NCBI RefSeq assembly: GCF_001194135.2
Contig: NC_068982.1
Span: forward strand, 93,657,171-93,721,170
Reading direction: 5' to 3'
Source: Octopus bimaculoides
Lineage: Eukaryota
Length of the DNA stretch: 64,000 nucleotides
Shown: in pieces, positions 13,511-25,685 of the stretch
How positions within the stretch are numbered: position 1 is the first letter of the stretch
Layout of the letters: each line of letters starts with the position of its first letter
Made by a program: the position numbers and the translations under genes
The notes under the pieces: model-generated
Databases searched by the model: none
What the model was told of the DNA's origin: nothing
The model's input: the letters and a program-made list of their open reading frames with translations, nothing else

Positions 13511-14439
13511 AGCCGTGCTTGCTTCTGAAAAATGGAATGATCATGTCTGATTAATTTCATCTTTCTGCGGACATACTCTATTTAGAACTACATTATCTAA
13601 TGTGTCAGTTCCTTTTTAAGCGAAAAATTAGGCTACTTTTTTTTGTAGGCTGTCGGCATAAAAGCTCATCATTGACTCATTGATGGATGTTAGTTTGGCA
13701 GGTTTAGCTCAAATACTGTAATGTGCCTAGAGACTACTCAAAACTACTCAATTATGTTTTTGACATTAGATGAATTGAGTTTTGGAGGTATCCAAATGGG
13801 GCTTAACTGTTAATCATTTTCACTTCTTTCATATACAGATTTTGTTGATTCTTTTTTTTTATTCTTCTTAACATTGTCCTCTATTCTTCAAAATGTTGAG
13901 AATTAAAATACATTCTGAAATTCTACTTTATTTATACCTTCCTTGGACAGTTTAGTGAAATGGGGCATGAAGTATTTTCGATGAGCATTGTGTACTTATT
14001 TTTTTATTATTTAATAATCTGCAATGTTTTTAGTTTATATAAGTTTCTGCCAACTTTGCAAATAACCAATCTCATCTTAAATTTTGATAAAGTTTTATTA
14101 ACAATAATTAAATTAAATTGTCTCTTTGTAGTCCTTTTTATATTTTGATTTAGCCATAATTGTTTACATAGCTAATTTGTTTGCTGTTGACATCTGTGTG
14201 TAGCTATTTGTGAAAAGGCTGCACCTTTTCTTTTCCTTTTTTTATCCAATAATTTGTCCTTCAAGAATTGTTTTCCTTGGTCACAGTACAATTTAGCTAT
14301 TTGAAATATTATTAGTGAGCAGTTTGCTCATGTATTATTTCTAATTTTTATCCTTTTTCAGTTTTCTATTTGACTACTGTTATGCTGGGTCACTGTCAAA
14401 AAGGGTTTAGTCGCATAAATCAACCAACCTTATTTTTTA

Positions 14440-14715
14440 AATCTGACATTTATTCTCTTGGTCCCTTTTGCTGAACTGGTTAGTTACAAGGGTGTAAACA
14501 AACCATTACTGGTTGTTGAGTGGTGCATGGGGTACAAAGACCCTCTATACATAGACATAAAGACACGCTATAGGTTTCCACCAAATTCACTCAAGGCATT
14601 GGTTGGCCTGAGTAGAAGACACTTACTCAAGGTGCTGCACTGTGGGACTGAACCTGTGCAAAAACTGCATGGTTGCAAAATGAGCTTAACTACACAACCA
14701 TTCCTGTCTCAACTA
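14440..14715 (-). mobile_element. tRNA-derived SINE
   Basis: caaattcactcaaggcattggttggcctgagtagaagacacttactcaaggtgctgcactgtgggactgaacc matches the 25970-26410 copy. Confidence 0.8.
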
Positions 14716-15879
14716 AGAGTGTTATGATTTTGTATTAATACTTATTAACTCCACATGTGTGATCTCCACTTGGAATGGAAAGAGACAGAACTATCACAAT
14801 TTATTTTGCCCTGCACTCTCTTTGTCACTCTACCTTTGCTGGTCTAGTGATTTTAGCTTAGTTATATAATAGCTACAAATTAAAGTATTTAGTAACATAA
14901 TTTTAGAATCTTTAACTTCTTTTATGAATACATAGTTATGTCATAAATTGATATGATTTTGAAGTTATTTAGACTAAATTTAGAAGTAAACGTTTTTAGA
15001 ATATCTCATGTGAATTGATGTAAATGGATGAGTCAAGTTTATTTTGTATGAATTGTCATTGCTTAACTTATAAAAGAAAAATCGCAGATCCAAATATGAG
15101 AGGGGTAAAATTATTTCCTTTCTGTCTAATGCGAAATGTACTGCAGTCTAGATATTCAATACAAAACACTTAAAGTAATCAGATAAATACAAACTTTGAA
15201 CTTAGACATGTATATGTAAATTGATAGAGTTTATAAGATTTCTGAAAGCAACTGAAAAAATATTGCTTAGTGAGCACAAAAACATTTAGTATGTACTTGG
15301 AAAATCATTTGTAAAAGTATGGCAACTGGAAAAAGATGTCAGCAATCAAGAGGAAAATTCAAACATTTAAAGCAGCCTCATCATGAGAAAAATGGACTGA
15401 TATTGAAAGTAATAATGGAAACTTTGATGATTAACCTAAATAATGAAATTAAGTATTAATCAAAAACCAATTTTTGTTTTTCTGTCTAAAAATGCTATAG
15501 GTTCTATTGTTTTTTAAATGTTAATGTTAAACTATGAAGCTTCTTTTCTAGTCTGTGTCTAATATGATACTCTGTTGAGTCATAGTGACTGTCTGGAACT
15601 TTGTTCATTAAAAGTTACTGCTAGCAGTTTTATAGACAATGTTAAATTTGAGATGTATAAGTTGCATCTCATTTTAGTTTTCTTACATATCTGATTTTAT
15701 AGTGAGTGTAACCAGTATTTATCCTATGGGCAGCATTTATAGATGAAAAGTTTACTTCAATGATGCTTTGTGTCATTGATTCTGTCAATTGGGTGTGGTA
15801 TATTTAATCCCTCTCTTTTGCCTAACATTTAATTCTACACCACTTGCCCTATCTCTCTCTTTCTCTTGAGTGTGGGTAT

Positions 15880-15910
<31 letters not shown>

Positions 15911-15919
15911 GTACATATC

Positions 15920-16100
15920 ACCATTATCATCAGTTAATGTCCCTGTTCATACTGGTGTGGGTTGAATGGGTTGACAGGTCTGATGGATCCAAAAGCTTCA
16001 TTGTGCTCTATCTGCTTAGGCATGCTTTCTGCAGCTGGATGTCCTTCCTAACACCAAGCACTTTACAGTGTGTATTGAGTGCTTTTTTCATGCCACAGTT
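15920..16100 (-). mobile_element. RTE-type 3' tail repeat
   Basis: catcatcagttaatgtcc...ggatgtccttcctaacacc. Confidence 0.65.
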
Positions 16101-16617
16101 GTTTGTGTTAATAGATTCAGAATTGTGTTACCCAGTTTCACAGAAGTGAGAAAAACATTAATCAGTCTTTGGATGTTTGCTTTTGAGTAAAAAGGCTTTC
16201 ACAGCTTCTAGGTAAGGCAGGTTATTTGATGATGAGTAAGGCTTAGTCTCATTAGCTGGTTCATGTCATGTAGTGGAGTTGATAACTGTCAACTGGTGTT
16301 GGTTGCTAGCAGATAGGGGATAACAGACTGCTGAATGCTACTGGATAAGGCAGCCACTTGCTCGTGGTTGATGCTATGTGAGATGCAACATCAGTACAGT
16401 GTACAGATGTAGTCCTATCTGTTGTTAGAGATTCCAGTGTATGTAAAGTTGGAGATTTAAGGAAGTATCAGTAAAGGTTTATAGAATTTATTAATTTATC
16501 ACTCAGTTCCATTGTTTGCTTTAAGTTCAGTTCAGCTCTTGTATAAAGAGAAAATAATGAGTTGTTGGTGTATAAAGATAAAAAATGGTGGGATAGTATT
16601 AACAGCTTATGGTTTAA

Positions 16618-16800
16618 CTTGTTAGCATTCAGATTACTCTGACGTGTATAATACTTATTTATTCACATTTTGAATTAATCATGCATTATCTCATAGCTTT
16701 GAGATTTCAATATTGTTTGTTTATTTCTTTAAGTTGGGTTTGAGAGGCCAGATCTGGTTAGTTGAACATAAAACGGGTAGAATATTTGGACTGAATATCC
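16618..16800 (-). mobile_element. piggyBac-derived MITE, interrupted at the LINE insertion
   Basis: TTAA|cttgttagcattcagattactctg...; same family as 33277-33481. Confidence 0.75.
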
Positions 16801-16822
16801 AACCTCTCACACCTGCCTACAG

Positions 16823-18290
16823 TCATCATCATCGCCGTTGCTTTCCATGCTGGCATGGGTTGGACAGTTTGACTGAGGGCTGGCAAGCCAGAAGGCTGCA
16901 CCAGGCTCCGATCTGATCTTCCTAACACCAACCATGCTCCAAGAGTGTAGTGAGTATTTTTTACGTACCACTGGCATGAAGGCCAGTCAGGCGGTATTGG
17001 CATTGACCACGCATGAATGGTGCTTTTTATGTGCCACTGGCATGGGACCAGTCAGCCGGCACTGGCATCAACCACGCTTGAATGGTGCTTTTTACGTGCC
17101 ACTGGCACAGGTGCCAATCAATTGGTACTGTCATCGGCCATGACAATAACTTCACTTGACTCAACAGGTCTTTGCAAGCGCAGTCTATTGCCCACTGATT
17201 GAAGGGTACTCTTAAATGGGTCGGTTATGCTGCACTGACATAGGCCATGGTTATGGTCTCACTTGGCTTGCCAAGTCTTCTCAAGCACTGCATCTTTCCA
17301 AATGTCTCGGTCACTTGTCATTGCCTCCGTGAGGCCCAACATTCGTGCTTCACCACCTCATCCCAGGTCTTCGTGGATCTACCTCTTCCACAGGTTCCCC
17401 CTACTTTTTCACACGGCTGTCTTCATACCAGTGCAATCGTTTCTCTTGCACACCACATCTGATGTTTCTTATGTCCAGCTTTTCTCTCGGGGTGCGTATA
17501 CTCTGTTGTGTATGCACACAGACATTACACATCCAGCGGAGCATGCTAGCTTCATTCCTCAGCAGTCATGGCCTATGTTTCACTGCCATGTAGCATGGCT
17601 CTTCGCACACAGACAGTCATACAGTCTACCCTTTACTCTGAGTGAGAGGCCCTTTGTCACCACCAGAGGTAGGAGCTCTCTGAACTTTGTTCGGGCTATT
17701 CTTCTAGCAGCTACACTCTCAGAGCAACCACCCCTGCTACTGACTTAGTCACTTAGGTAACGAAAACTATCAACTACTTCTAGTTTTTCCCTCTGGCATG
17801 TGATGGAAGCTGTTTTCTGCACATTTTCATTGTTTATTGACCCTGAGCATTTGCCACACACACAAACTATCTTCCCAGTTAGCCTTCCTTTGATATTGCT
17901 GCACCTCTTATGTGTCCATAGCTTACACCAGGTACATCTTATGGAGTTTCTACCTACTTCTTTTCTACAGATCGAGCAGGGCCATCTACCTGAATGGATT
18001 TGTGATTTGTTTGCGTTCCTACTTATTAAGACTTTGGTTTTTGCTAGATTGACTCTAAGGGCCTTCGATTCTAGATCTTGCTTCCACACCTGAAACTTTT
18101 CCTCTGGTTCTGATAGTGACTCAGCTATTAGAGCAAGGTCGTCAGCATAGAGAAGCTCCCAGGGGCATCCTGTCTTGAATTCCTCTGTTATTGCCTGGAG
18201 GACTATGATGAATAAGAGGGGGCTGAGGACTTATCCTTGGTGGACCCCTACCCGAAATTCTCCACATTGTAAAAATGTATGATCATTTCA
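16823..18290 (-). mobile_element. 5'-truncated RTE-clade LINE (RT C-terminal half with PHD finger, 3' UTR, (GAT)n tail)
   Basis: Minus frame reads GVHQG*VLSPLLF...ELLYADDLALI...KTK...CSIC..CTWC....H..C..CGKC...VDSFRYL. 3' end catggaaagc...gatgatgatga. Confidence 0.92.
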
Positions 18291-18427
18291 TCAAGATCTT
18301 GAAGCTTTTGAGTTAATGCATGATTTATTCAAATATATATATGTATATATATATATATATATATATGCATACACACATGCACATATATGGAAAATAGATG
18401 TTAAATGATGTTNNNNNNNNNNTATAC

Positions 18428-18463
<36 letters not shown>

Positions 18464-18642
18464 GCATACACACATGCACATATATGGAAAATAGATGTTA
18501 AATGATGTTATACATATATGTATGTATATATACATGTGAGTATATGATACTTGTGTGTGTGTGTGTGTGAAAGAGAGACATCCTTAAAAAAATATTGAAA
18601 TTAACATTTTAGTATATTGTTATTTCTTGTCTTTTATTTTAG

Positions 18643-18716
18643 TTCTTATTGACCAGATTAGTCAAAAACGCTTCATTGTGATATTTGAAAATTGTTGTGG
18701 CATCAATTTAAACATA
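18643..18716 (+). CDS. Candidate exon E3 ((I)LIDQISQKRFIVIFENCCGINLNI, phase 1 to 0)
   Basis: Long pyrimidine tract tatttcttgtcttttattttag, donor gtaagg, 74 nt, single open frame in phase with E2. Confidence 0.6.
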
Positions 18717-19178
18717 GTAAGGAGATACATTAGTTGCCCCGCCTTCTAGAACTGAGATAGAAAACACCTCATTCTGTAAATAGCTATAATCCTTTTGAAA
18801 TAACACTGACAGATTATTCAATATTCCACATTAAATATGAGCTGAGATATTAGCTAAATATGAAATAATTTGTATAGAGTATATAATTTGACGAGCTGAA
18901 TTTCTTCTAAAGCTACCTAGTTGATTTAGAGATGACCTATATGAAAGAGAATTCAAAGCTGTAGCTCTTATAACATTTATATTTCTGTGTGTGTTTTATT
19001 GTCATTGGTTTCAGTTGTTATGCTGTAGTCATACTAGCATGCAATCTTTGAGTTTTTCTATTTGATCATTAATTCTACTTATTTCAGCTTGTTGCTTAGT
19101 TTAATGAACTGTATTTAATGACTGGCTGTTACCTAACTGACATAAAGGGACACACTTGTTTACACCAGCATACAATCG

Positions 19179-19212
<34 letters not shown>

Positions 19213-20639
19213 TGTGTGTGTGTGTGTGTATGAATATTCATGTAGGTATATTGTGTGCTTTTGCACAGTTTGTGATCTAACCAAATTTTGCTCAAAATGC
19301 TTTCCTATAGGATTGATATGCATAGTTGTGAAGCTAATTTTATCTTAGGACACATACACTTCCTTTTGATTTGAATTTGACACCTGCTTAGATCAACCTT
19401 GCCCTTCCATGCTTGATCAATAAAATACTAAAGTACTGGAGTTGACAGAATCTGCTGAAACTTTTTAAGGCCATCTCAGCAAGCCAGCAGTCCATAGACT
19501 GAAACCAACAAACCAGTACAATAATATGTCTTACAAATGTAAATACCTAATTAGCTTATATTTGATATGAGGAGTATGTATTACTGCCAAATATGAATTA
19601 AGACTATATTATGTAAAAGACAAGTTTATTTGAGGATCTAATTTTATGTATAGCTTAAAACAAGTAGATCATATTCAACAGGTCACTTGTAGAATTTAGT
19701 AACTTAGTCTCTAGAAATGTGCTCTTTGTGTATACTAGTTCTAAGAGTGCTTCCATATCCAGAAATGTAGAGGCTACTTATAGGGGTATTATAAAAATTC
19801 CTTTAAAATTTACTGTAGTTTTATTCTGTCGTGGAATGCAGCTTTCTGATTTATGTGATAAATTGGATAAAGGGGTCTGAAGGTTGAGAATTTAGTGAAT
19901 CACTTATCTGTACAAAACAGAATTATTTCAGAGCTGTGAAATTGATACCATCAAAGTTGAATGATTGTCAAGAAGAAAGGAAGAACAGTTGTTTAATATA
20001 ATTTACCTTCATGATGGGCACTTAGTCATACTAGCAGGATATATTGAATAGAGGTGGGGATGAACAGATTGCTATTGACATTATTTTTTGCCATGTCCCA
20101 AAGAGTTGGATATGTATAGCAAAAAAGAAATTATTGTGGGAAGAAAAGTTTAATTTTTTTTTTTCGGTAGCTGTGGGCTACTCTGCTTCGGCAGATATGC
20201 AATATTGAGAAAACAATGAAGCACTTTCTACTTAAGTAACTTGTAGGTCTTGCACTTATGCCAATCATCATTGTAGGCTGATACATTGCTACATATTCTA
20301 CATACAATGAAAGGTTGTATGGGTTGTTGTGTGGCAGTCATCAAATTACAACTAGTCTGGCTATATATATATGTTCAAATATTCTGGTTGGGTAAAGTGA
20401 ATTTTGTCAGTGCATGGTGAATATGACTTATAATTTAATAGCAATGCTTGGAACTTCAGTTATAACAGGTTAGCAAGGAATATTTGTAGTCACTTGGCTT
20501 TTTGTGTGTAGTTATTTTTTAAACAAAACAATGCTTGCTATATTAAAAAAGGAAACCAAATAAAATAGGCTCGACTAAAAAAATCTCAATCTCTACTCTC
20601 TCTAGCACTGCCGTGAGTGCTACATTTGTGTGATGTGGA

Positions 20640-21050
20640 AAATATTCCATCAATATTGTACAAGTGATGTTGGCATCAGTTTTAAAATCCACCCTAGAAA
20701 TGGCTCCTGTGCTATCCGCCCATTACAAAAATTGAACTCAAGACCCATAGCTACTTTACCTCAACTGGTCCAGCTCTCTGCAGTTTTATACCAAAGTACA
20801 ACAAAATGGAAATGGATCCCATAAAATTCAAAAATTCTCTGGACAAATTTTGCCAAAAAATCCCAGACCAACCTCCTACACCCAGATATGTGTCCAACAA
20901 TAATAACTCTTTGCTAGCGTGGGCCATGGTCTCTCATATATGACTGAGGTGTGAATCGCGATCTAAAAGACTTCACCAGGTGTGCTATTAAATTAGACAT
21001 TGCCGAGACCTGTACTGGCTAAAACCTATCTAAGGTAATGTAAAACTTTA
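20640..21050 (+). mobile_element. LINE 3' end (CR1/L2-like C-terminus plus 3' UTR)
   Basis: KFKNSLDKFCQKIPDQPPTPRYV...NSLL motif. The UTR tail recurs at ~28110-28215. Confidence 0.7.
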
Positions 21051-21685
21051 CTCACAGCAAAATTGGTTAAAACACCAAATAATTGCACTGTCAAAGGTAC
21101 TACATATAATGTTTGGTGTGAGGAGTGGGAGAGAGAAAGAGACTGATATGGAGAGATAGCTGGTTGTTTTTATTTAGCCTCAGGTTGTCCCTCCTTAAGT
21201 TGGCCTATGATCAAAGATATTAAAAAAAAAAGAACCACTTCGAGGCCTTTTTCTAGCTGGTTAGCTTCAAGTGAAAGTGAGCTGTAACCAATAATTCCGG
21301 AATAGCATAAAAATAGCATTGGTTTAAAAATTGCCAAGAATGAATAATCCTAGGTGAATTGATAACAATTCTTAGCAATTGAAACATTAAATCATGAATT
21401 TCTTCTCTGTATTTTTTGAACAGCTTCTAAAAACCTTATCATTAAATTTTTTGTTTTGATTCCCTTTGCCAAAAAGCCTTTTACTTCATATCTAGAATGA
21501 TGTTTCTACAATCTTTTATGAAATCTCAGTTTATATATCTTATTATTTTTGATTATACTGTACTGGGTGACTGAAAATAAATTAGTACTATTAGACTAGA
21601 AATAAAATATTTTGAGATAACAGTTGGTTTAACATTTCTATTACTAACAACTTTTTCATACCATTTTCTTATGAATTTGTTTCCT

Positions 21686-21742
21686 TAACTTCAATATTTT
21701 AGTTACTTCTATGAAATAGAAGTAACTAAAATATTGAAGTTA
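21686..21742. repeat. Perfect inverted repeat, 27-bp arms, 3-nt loop
   Basis: taacttcaatattttagttacttctat-gaa-atagaagtaactaaaatattgaagtta. Confidence 0.95.
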
Positions 21743-23639
21743 TCATAGAAACAATCATCTGAAAAATAGATGCTTGGATCATGAAGTAGTCACAATTGTT
21801 TTCTCATGTTATGGCTGTTTACTGTGTTTGATCAAAATATTTCCAATGAATGAGGCCACTCAGGACTATCGTAAACCTATCTTGTCAATTGTTAAAATAG
21901 GAAATAAAATAAATACAAATGTTTGTCTTATCTCATAAATCATCTTTAATTTATTAATAGCACTCTGTAGAGATATTATATAATTTCTTGTGTTATCTAG
22001 CTTCTAATTTATTTTAACTTTTTATCTTAACCTAGTCCAGGTGTTTGTTTTGCCTGTTTGAAAGCCATTCTAGCTGTCTTTCTCTCTTCTAAACTCTACT
22101 TAATGTCAGAAGCTGTAGCTTCTAATTCTTTGCCTTATCTAGTTTTATTTGAATCAATTAATATTTATTTAAGCAGAGATAGCTGTATAAAAGTGAGTTA
22201 AGGCATAATATTCAGTTTTCAATGAGAATATATTTTGAAGACTAGCATTTTGGTCTCTACCATTATTTTTTTGTTTTCTGAAAAATGGTATGCAGAACAA
22301 CAATACATTCATAACTGTTTTGTTTTCTGTTAGAGTACTTGGGTTGAGAAAGACAAAGCTATAAAATGTTTAGTTATCATTGCATAATTAAATTAATCTA
22401 ATCACAGTGTATACTATGGTAATCATATGTGGGTTTTCATTGTTAATGCTATGTAATAATAAATTTACAAAAATATTTTCCATATTAATAGAAACGTTTA
22501 AATTAATTTCCAGTTTGTTTTCAATATTTACATTATTTAATATTGTAGACTCTGCAGAGTTATTGTGCAGGTGAAAAGCCTTTTGTTTAATATATAATCT
22601 AGAGAAATGTTTTATTTTGTTATAGTGTAGGCAAATGACTTGCGAGTGCTTACATCCCATGCTAGCTTGGAAGCCAAATATTAAATGATGATTTTTAGTT
22701 TTGTTTATATTTCGTATACTTTTTTCACCTTGTATTTTTGGACATTAGTTATTTAGATTATGGTTTTTAGATCAAATCATATTTACATTTTCTTTAATAA
22801 AAGAAAGATTAAGCATCTATTTACTATTAGAGTGAATGAAAGCTAATGATGGATAGTGAAAATGAGATTAAGCTCATAAAAAGGGGGAAATAAATTGTGA
22901 AAATTCCATTGGTGAGGGTAAATGTCATAAAGCTTCATTCTGATTTCTCTGGCACACAGTAAATATTAGAAATTTCTCTCTCCTTCAATTGAATGTTAAT
23001 CTGTTTTAAGTAACATTGTAGACAAACTGTTATATAATCTACAACTTATGTAAGTAGGATTGTATATTTCTAGGTTACTTTGAAAAACATCTTGCTCCAA
23101 ACATGTCATTTCTTAGATATTTCATATCTATATAAAGAGACAAGCAACTTTTAATTTGATGCATAGTGTGGTTAACAGGCAAAATGCTGATATTGTTCAA
23201 TTTGAAGAAAACATTTTGTCTACTAAAGCCATTTACATAATAAAAACCCACTTTCAGGAAATGGTACAGAACTTTAGCTCCAAGAATAGGGATATATCTC
23301 CCTGCTGAGACAGTTGTCAAGGTTGATCTGGTACTTCGGCATGACAGTTTGTCTCATCTGGAGTGAAAACAAAATTGACTGTTGAAAAAATATATAGTGC
23401 CCACCGACATGTTCTGGCTCGGGTGGTTCAAATAAAATGAAAGACAATACTTAATTGCAGATACTCTTCATAATAATGGAGAGTTTTGAAACCAATGATT
23501 CTGCCATTCTGGACCATCACTGCTTGTTTGATCTTTAAATTTTGATAGCAAACCGACTTGAACAATAGAATGCTAGATAGATGTATGTATGTATGTAGAT
23601 GTGTGTGTGTATACGTGTAGGTATATATGTGTAGGTATA

Positions 23640-23641
23640 CA

Positions 23642-23673
<32 letters not shown>

Positions 23674-23840
23674 CGTGGAGGTATATACGTGTAGGTGTGC
23701 ACGTGGAGGTATATACGTGTAGGTGTGCACGTGGAGGTGTGCACGTGTAGGTGTGCACGTGTAGGTGTGCACGTGTAGGTGTGCACGTGTAGGTGTGCAC
23801 GCGTAGGTGTGCACGTGTAGGTGTGCACGTGTAGGTGTGC
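23640..23840. repeat. 14-bp minisatellite (ACGTGTAGGTGTGC)n running into an assembly gap
   Basis: Direct periodicity; variant units upstream. Confidence 0.9.
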
Positions 23841-24762
23841 NNNNNNNNNNNNNNNNNNNNNNNNNNNNNNNNNNNNNNNNNNNNNNNNNNNNNNNNNNNN
23901 NNNNNNNNNNNNNNNNNNNNNNNNNNNNNNNNNNNNNNNNNNNNNNNNNNNNNNNNNNNNNNNNNNNNNNNNNNNNNNNNNNNNNNNNNNNNNNNNNNNN
24001 NNNNNNNNNNNNNNNNNNNNNNNNNNNNNNNNNNNNNNNNNNNNNNNNNNNNNNNNNNNNNNNNNNNNNNNNNNNNNNNNNNNNNNNNNNNNNNNNNNNN
24101 NNNNNNNNNNNNNNNNNNNNNNNNNNNNNNNNNNNNNNNNNNNNNNNNNNNNNNNNNNNNNNNNNNNNNNNNNNNNNNNNNNNNNNNNNNNNNNNNNNNN
24201 NNNNNNNNNNNNNNNNNNNNNNNNNNNNNNNNNNNNNNNNNNNNNNNNNNNNNNNNNNNNNNNNNNNNNNNNNNNNNNNNNNNNNNNNNNNNNNNNNNNN
24301 NNNNNNNNNNNNNNNNNNNNNNNNNNNNNNNNNNNNNNNNNNNNNNNNNNNNNNNNNNNNNNNNNNNNNNNNNNNNNNNNNNNNNNNNNNNNNNNNNNNN
24401 NNNNNNNNNNNNNNNNNNNNNNNNNNNNNNNNNNNNNNNNNNNNNNNNNNNNNNNNNNNNNNNNNNNNNNNNNNNNNNNNNNNNNNNNNNNNNNNNNNNN
24501 NNNNNNNNNNNNNNNNNNNNNNNNNNNNNNNNNNNNNNNNNNNNNNNNNNNNNNNNNNNNNNNNNNNNNNNNNNNNNNNNNNNNNNNNNNNNNNNNNNNN
24601 NNNNNNNNNNNNNNNNNNNNNNNNNNNNNNNNNNNNNNNNNNNNNNNNNNNNNNNNNNNNNNNNNNNNNNNNNNNNNNNNNNNNNNNNNNNNNNNNNNNN
24701 NNNNNNNNNNNNNNNNNNNNNNNNNNNNNNNNNNNNNNNNNNNNNNNNNNNNNNNNNNNNNN
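23841..24762. other. Assembly gap (N run)
   Basis: N bases. Confidence 1.
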
Positions 24763-24893
24763 AAGAAAGAGAGATAGTGTGAGTGAGTGAATTTATGTGT
24801 CATTGACTTACGTTGGCTGGCACAGCAAGTACGAAGCTTTTGAGGTGGCAGATGACTGGGGTGATTTGGAAGATGTGAAGAAATGCCGTTTTT

Positions 24894-25292
24894 TCAGTGG
24901 AGTGCTTCTTTGTAGGCAAAATTTCTCGTTTTGCCTTCTGATTCACAAATATATAGACTTTGTGGCCTGCCAACACGGGAGCATCCAACATAAAGTTGAC
25001 CGTGGGAGAACACTTGCTCTGTAAGATTTAAACCAACCATTTGCAATGATTGACCCTGTGCCTTATTTATTGTCATTGCAAAGGAGAGTTTAATAGGAAA
25101 TTGAAGCCGGTTAAGCTTGTAGATCGTATCGGAGGGAGTGAGGGACATTGGAGTTATGAGAACACCTTGACCAGCGGCCGGTCCATTCAGGATGGTTGCC
25201 TGTAGAACTCGGGAGTATAATTTTTTAATTGTCATGTGTGTGCCGTTACACATTATTGGATCATCCAAATTCCGCAGCAACATGATGGGCAC
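24894..25292 (-). mobile_element. Helitron PIF1-like helicase C-terminal fragment
   Basis: PIMLLRNLD...CNGT...RLQFPIKLSFAMTINKAQGQSL..VGL.L...VFSHGQLYVGCSRV. Confidence 0.92.
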
Positions 25293-25299
25293 GCCAAAC

Positions 25300-25685
25300 T
25301 GGAGGGAAACGCAATCTTTCAGGTTGATAACGCATCAATTCACACAGCTAAAATTGTTACTGAATGGCATGAGGAACATTCTAGTGAAGTTGAACATCTT
25401 ATCTGGCCACCACAGTCCCCAGATCTCAATATTAGTGAACATTTATGGTGCATTTTAGAAAAACAAGTAAGGAGTCGATATCCTCCACCATCATCACTAC
25501 AAAATTGGAGGCTGTTTTAGCTGAAGAATGGACAAAAATTCCTTTGGAAACACTTCAAAACTTTGTATGAGTCCATACCTCATAGAATTGAAGCTGTAAT
25601 TACTGCCAAAGGTAGTCCTACTACATATTAAATTAAATTTGTTTGAAATTTTAAGGTGTTTCCATTATTTTGTCCAACCCCTTTA
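25300..25685 (+). mobile_element. Tc1-type transposon 3' fragment (transposase end plus right TIR)
   Basis: FQVDNASIH...WPPQSPDLNISEHLW, frameshift, then EEWTKIP...IEAVITAKGSPT, followed by the ggtgtttccattattttgtccaacccc terminus. Confidence 0.9.

Noticed and set aside
18330-18510. Direct duplication of atatatgcatacacacatgcacatatatggaaaatagatgttaaatgatgtt
   Set aside because: The two copies flank a 10-N gap; most likely overlapping contig ends.
21680-21702. U12-type branch point TTCCTTAAC with AG ~13 nt downstream
   Set aside because: It overlaps the palindrome arm, and no convincing exon or RTATCCTT donor accompanies it.
22549-23049. Further micro-exon candidates 22549-22570 and 23022-23049
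   Set aside because: Each has two open frames and ambiguous acceptors; such short AG-GT segments arise often by chance.
23306-23314. TGAGACAGT resembles the miR-1994 seed
   Set aside because: The match is limited to 9 nt, on the wrong arm, and the stem is too short for a pre-miRNA.
23428-24803. Long ORFs in the track (422, 327, 318, 315 aa and the HT/CV-rich ones)
   Set aside because: Artefacts of N runs and the 14-bp minisatellite; the same applies to 29315-29906 and other microsatellite-spanning ORFs.
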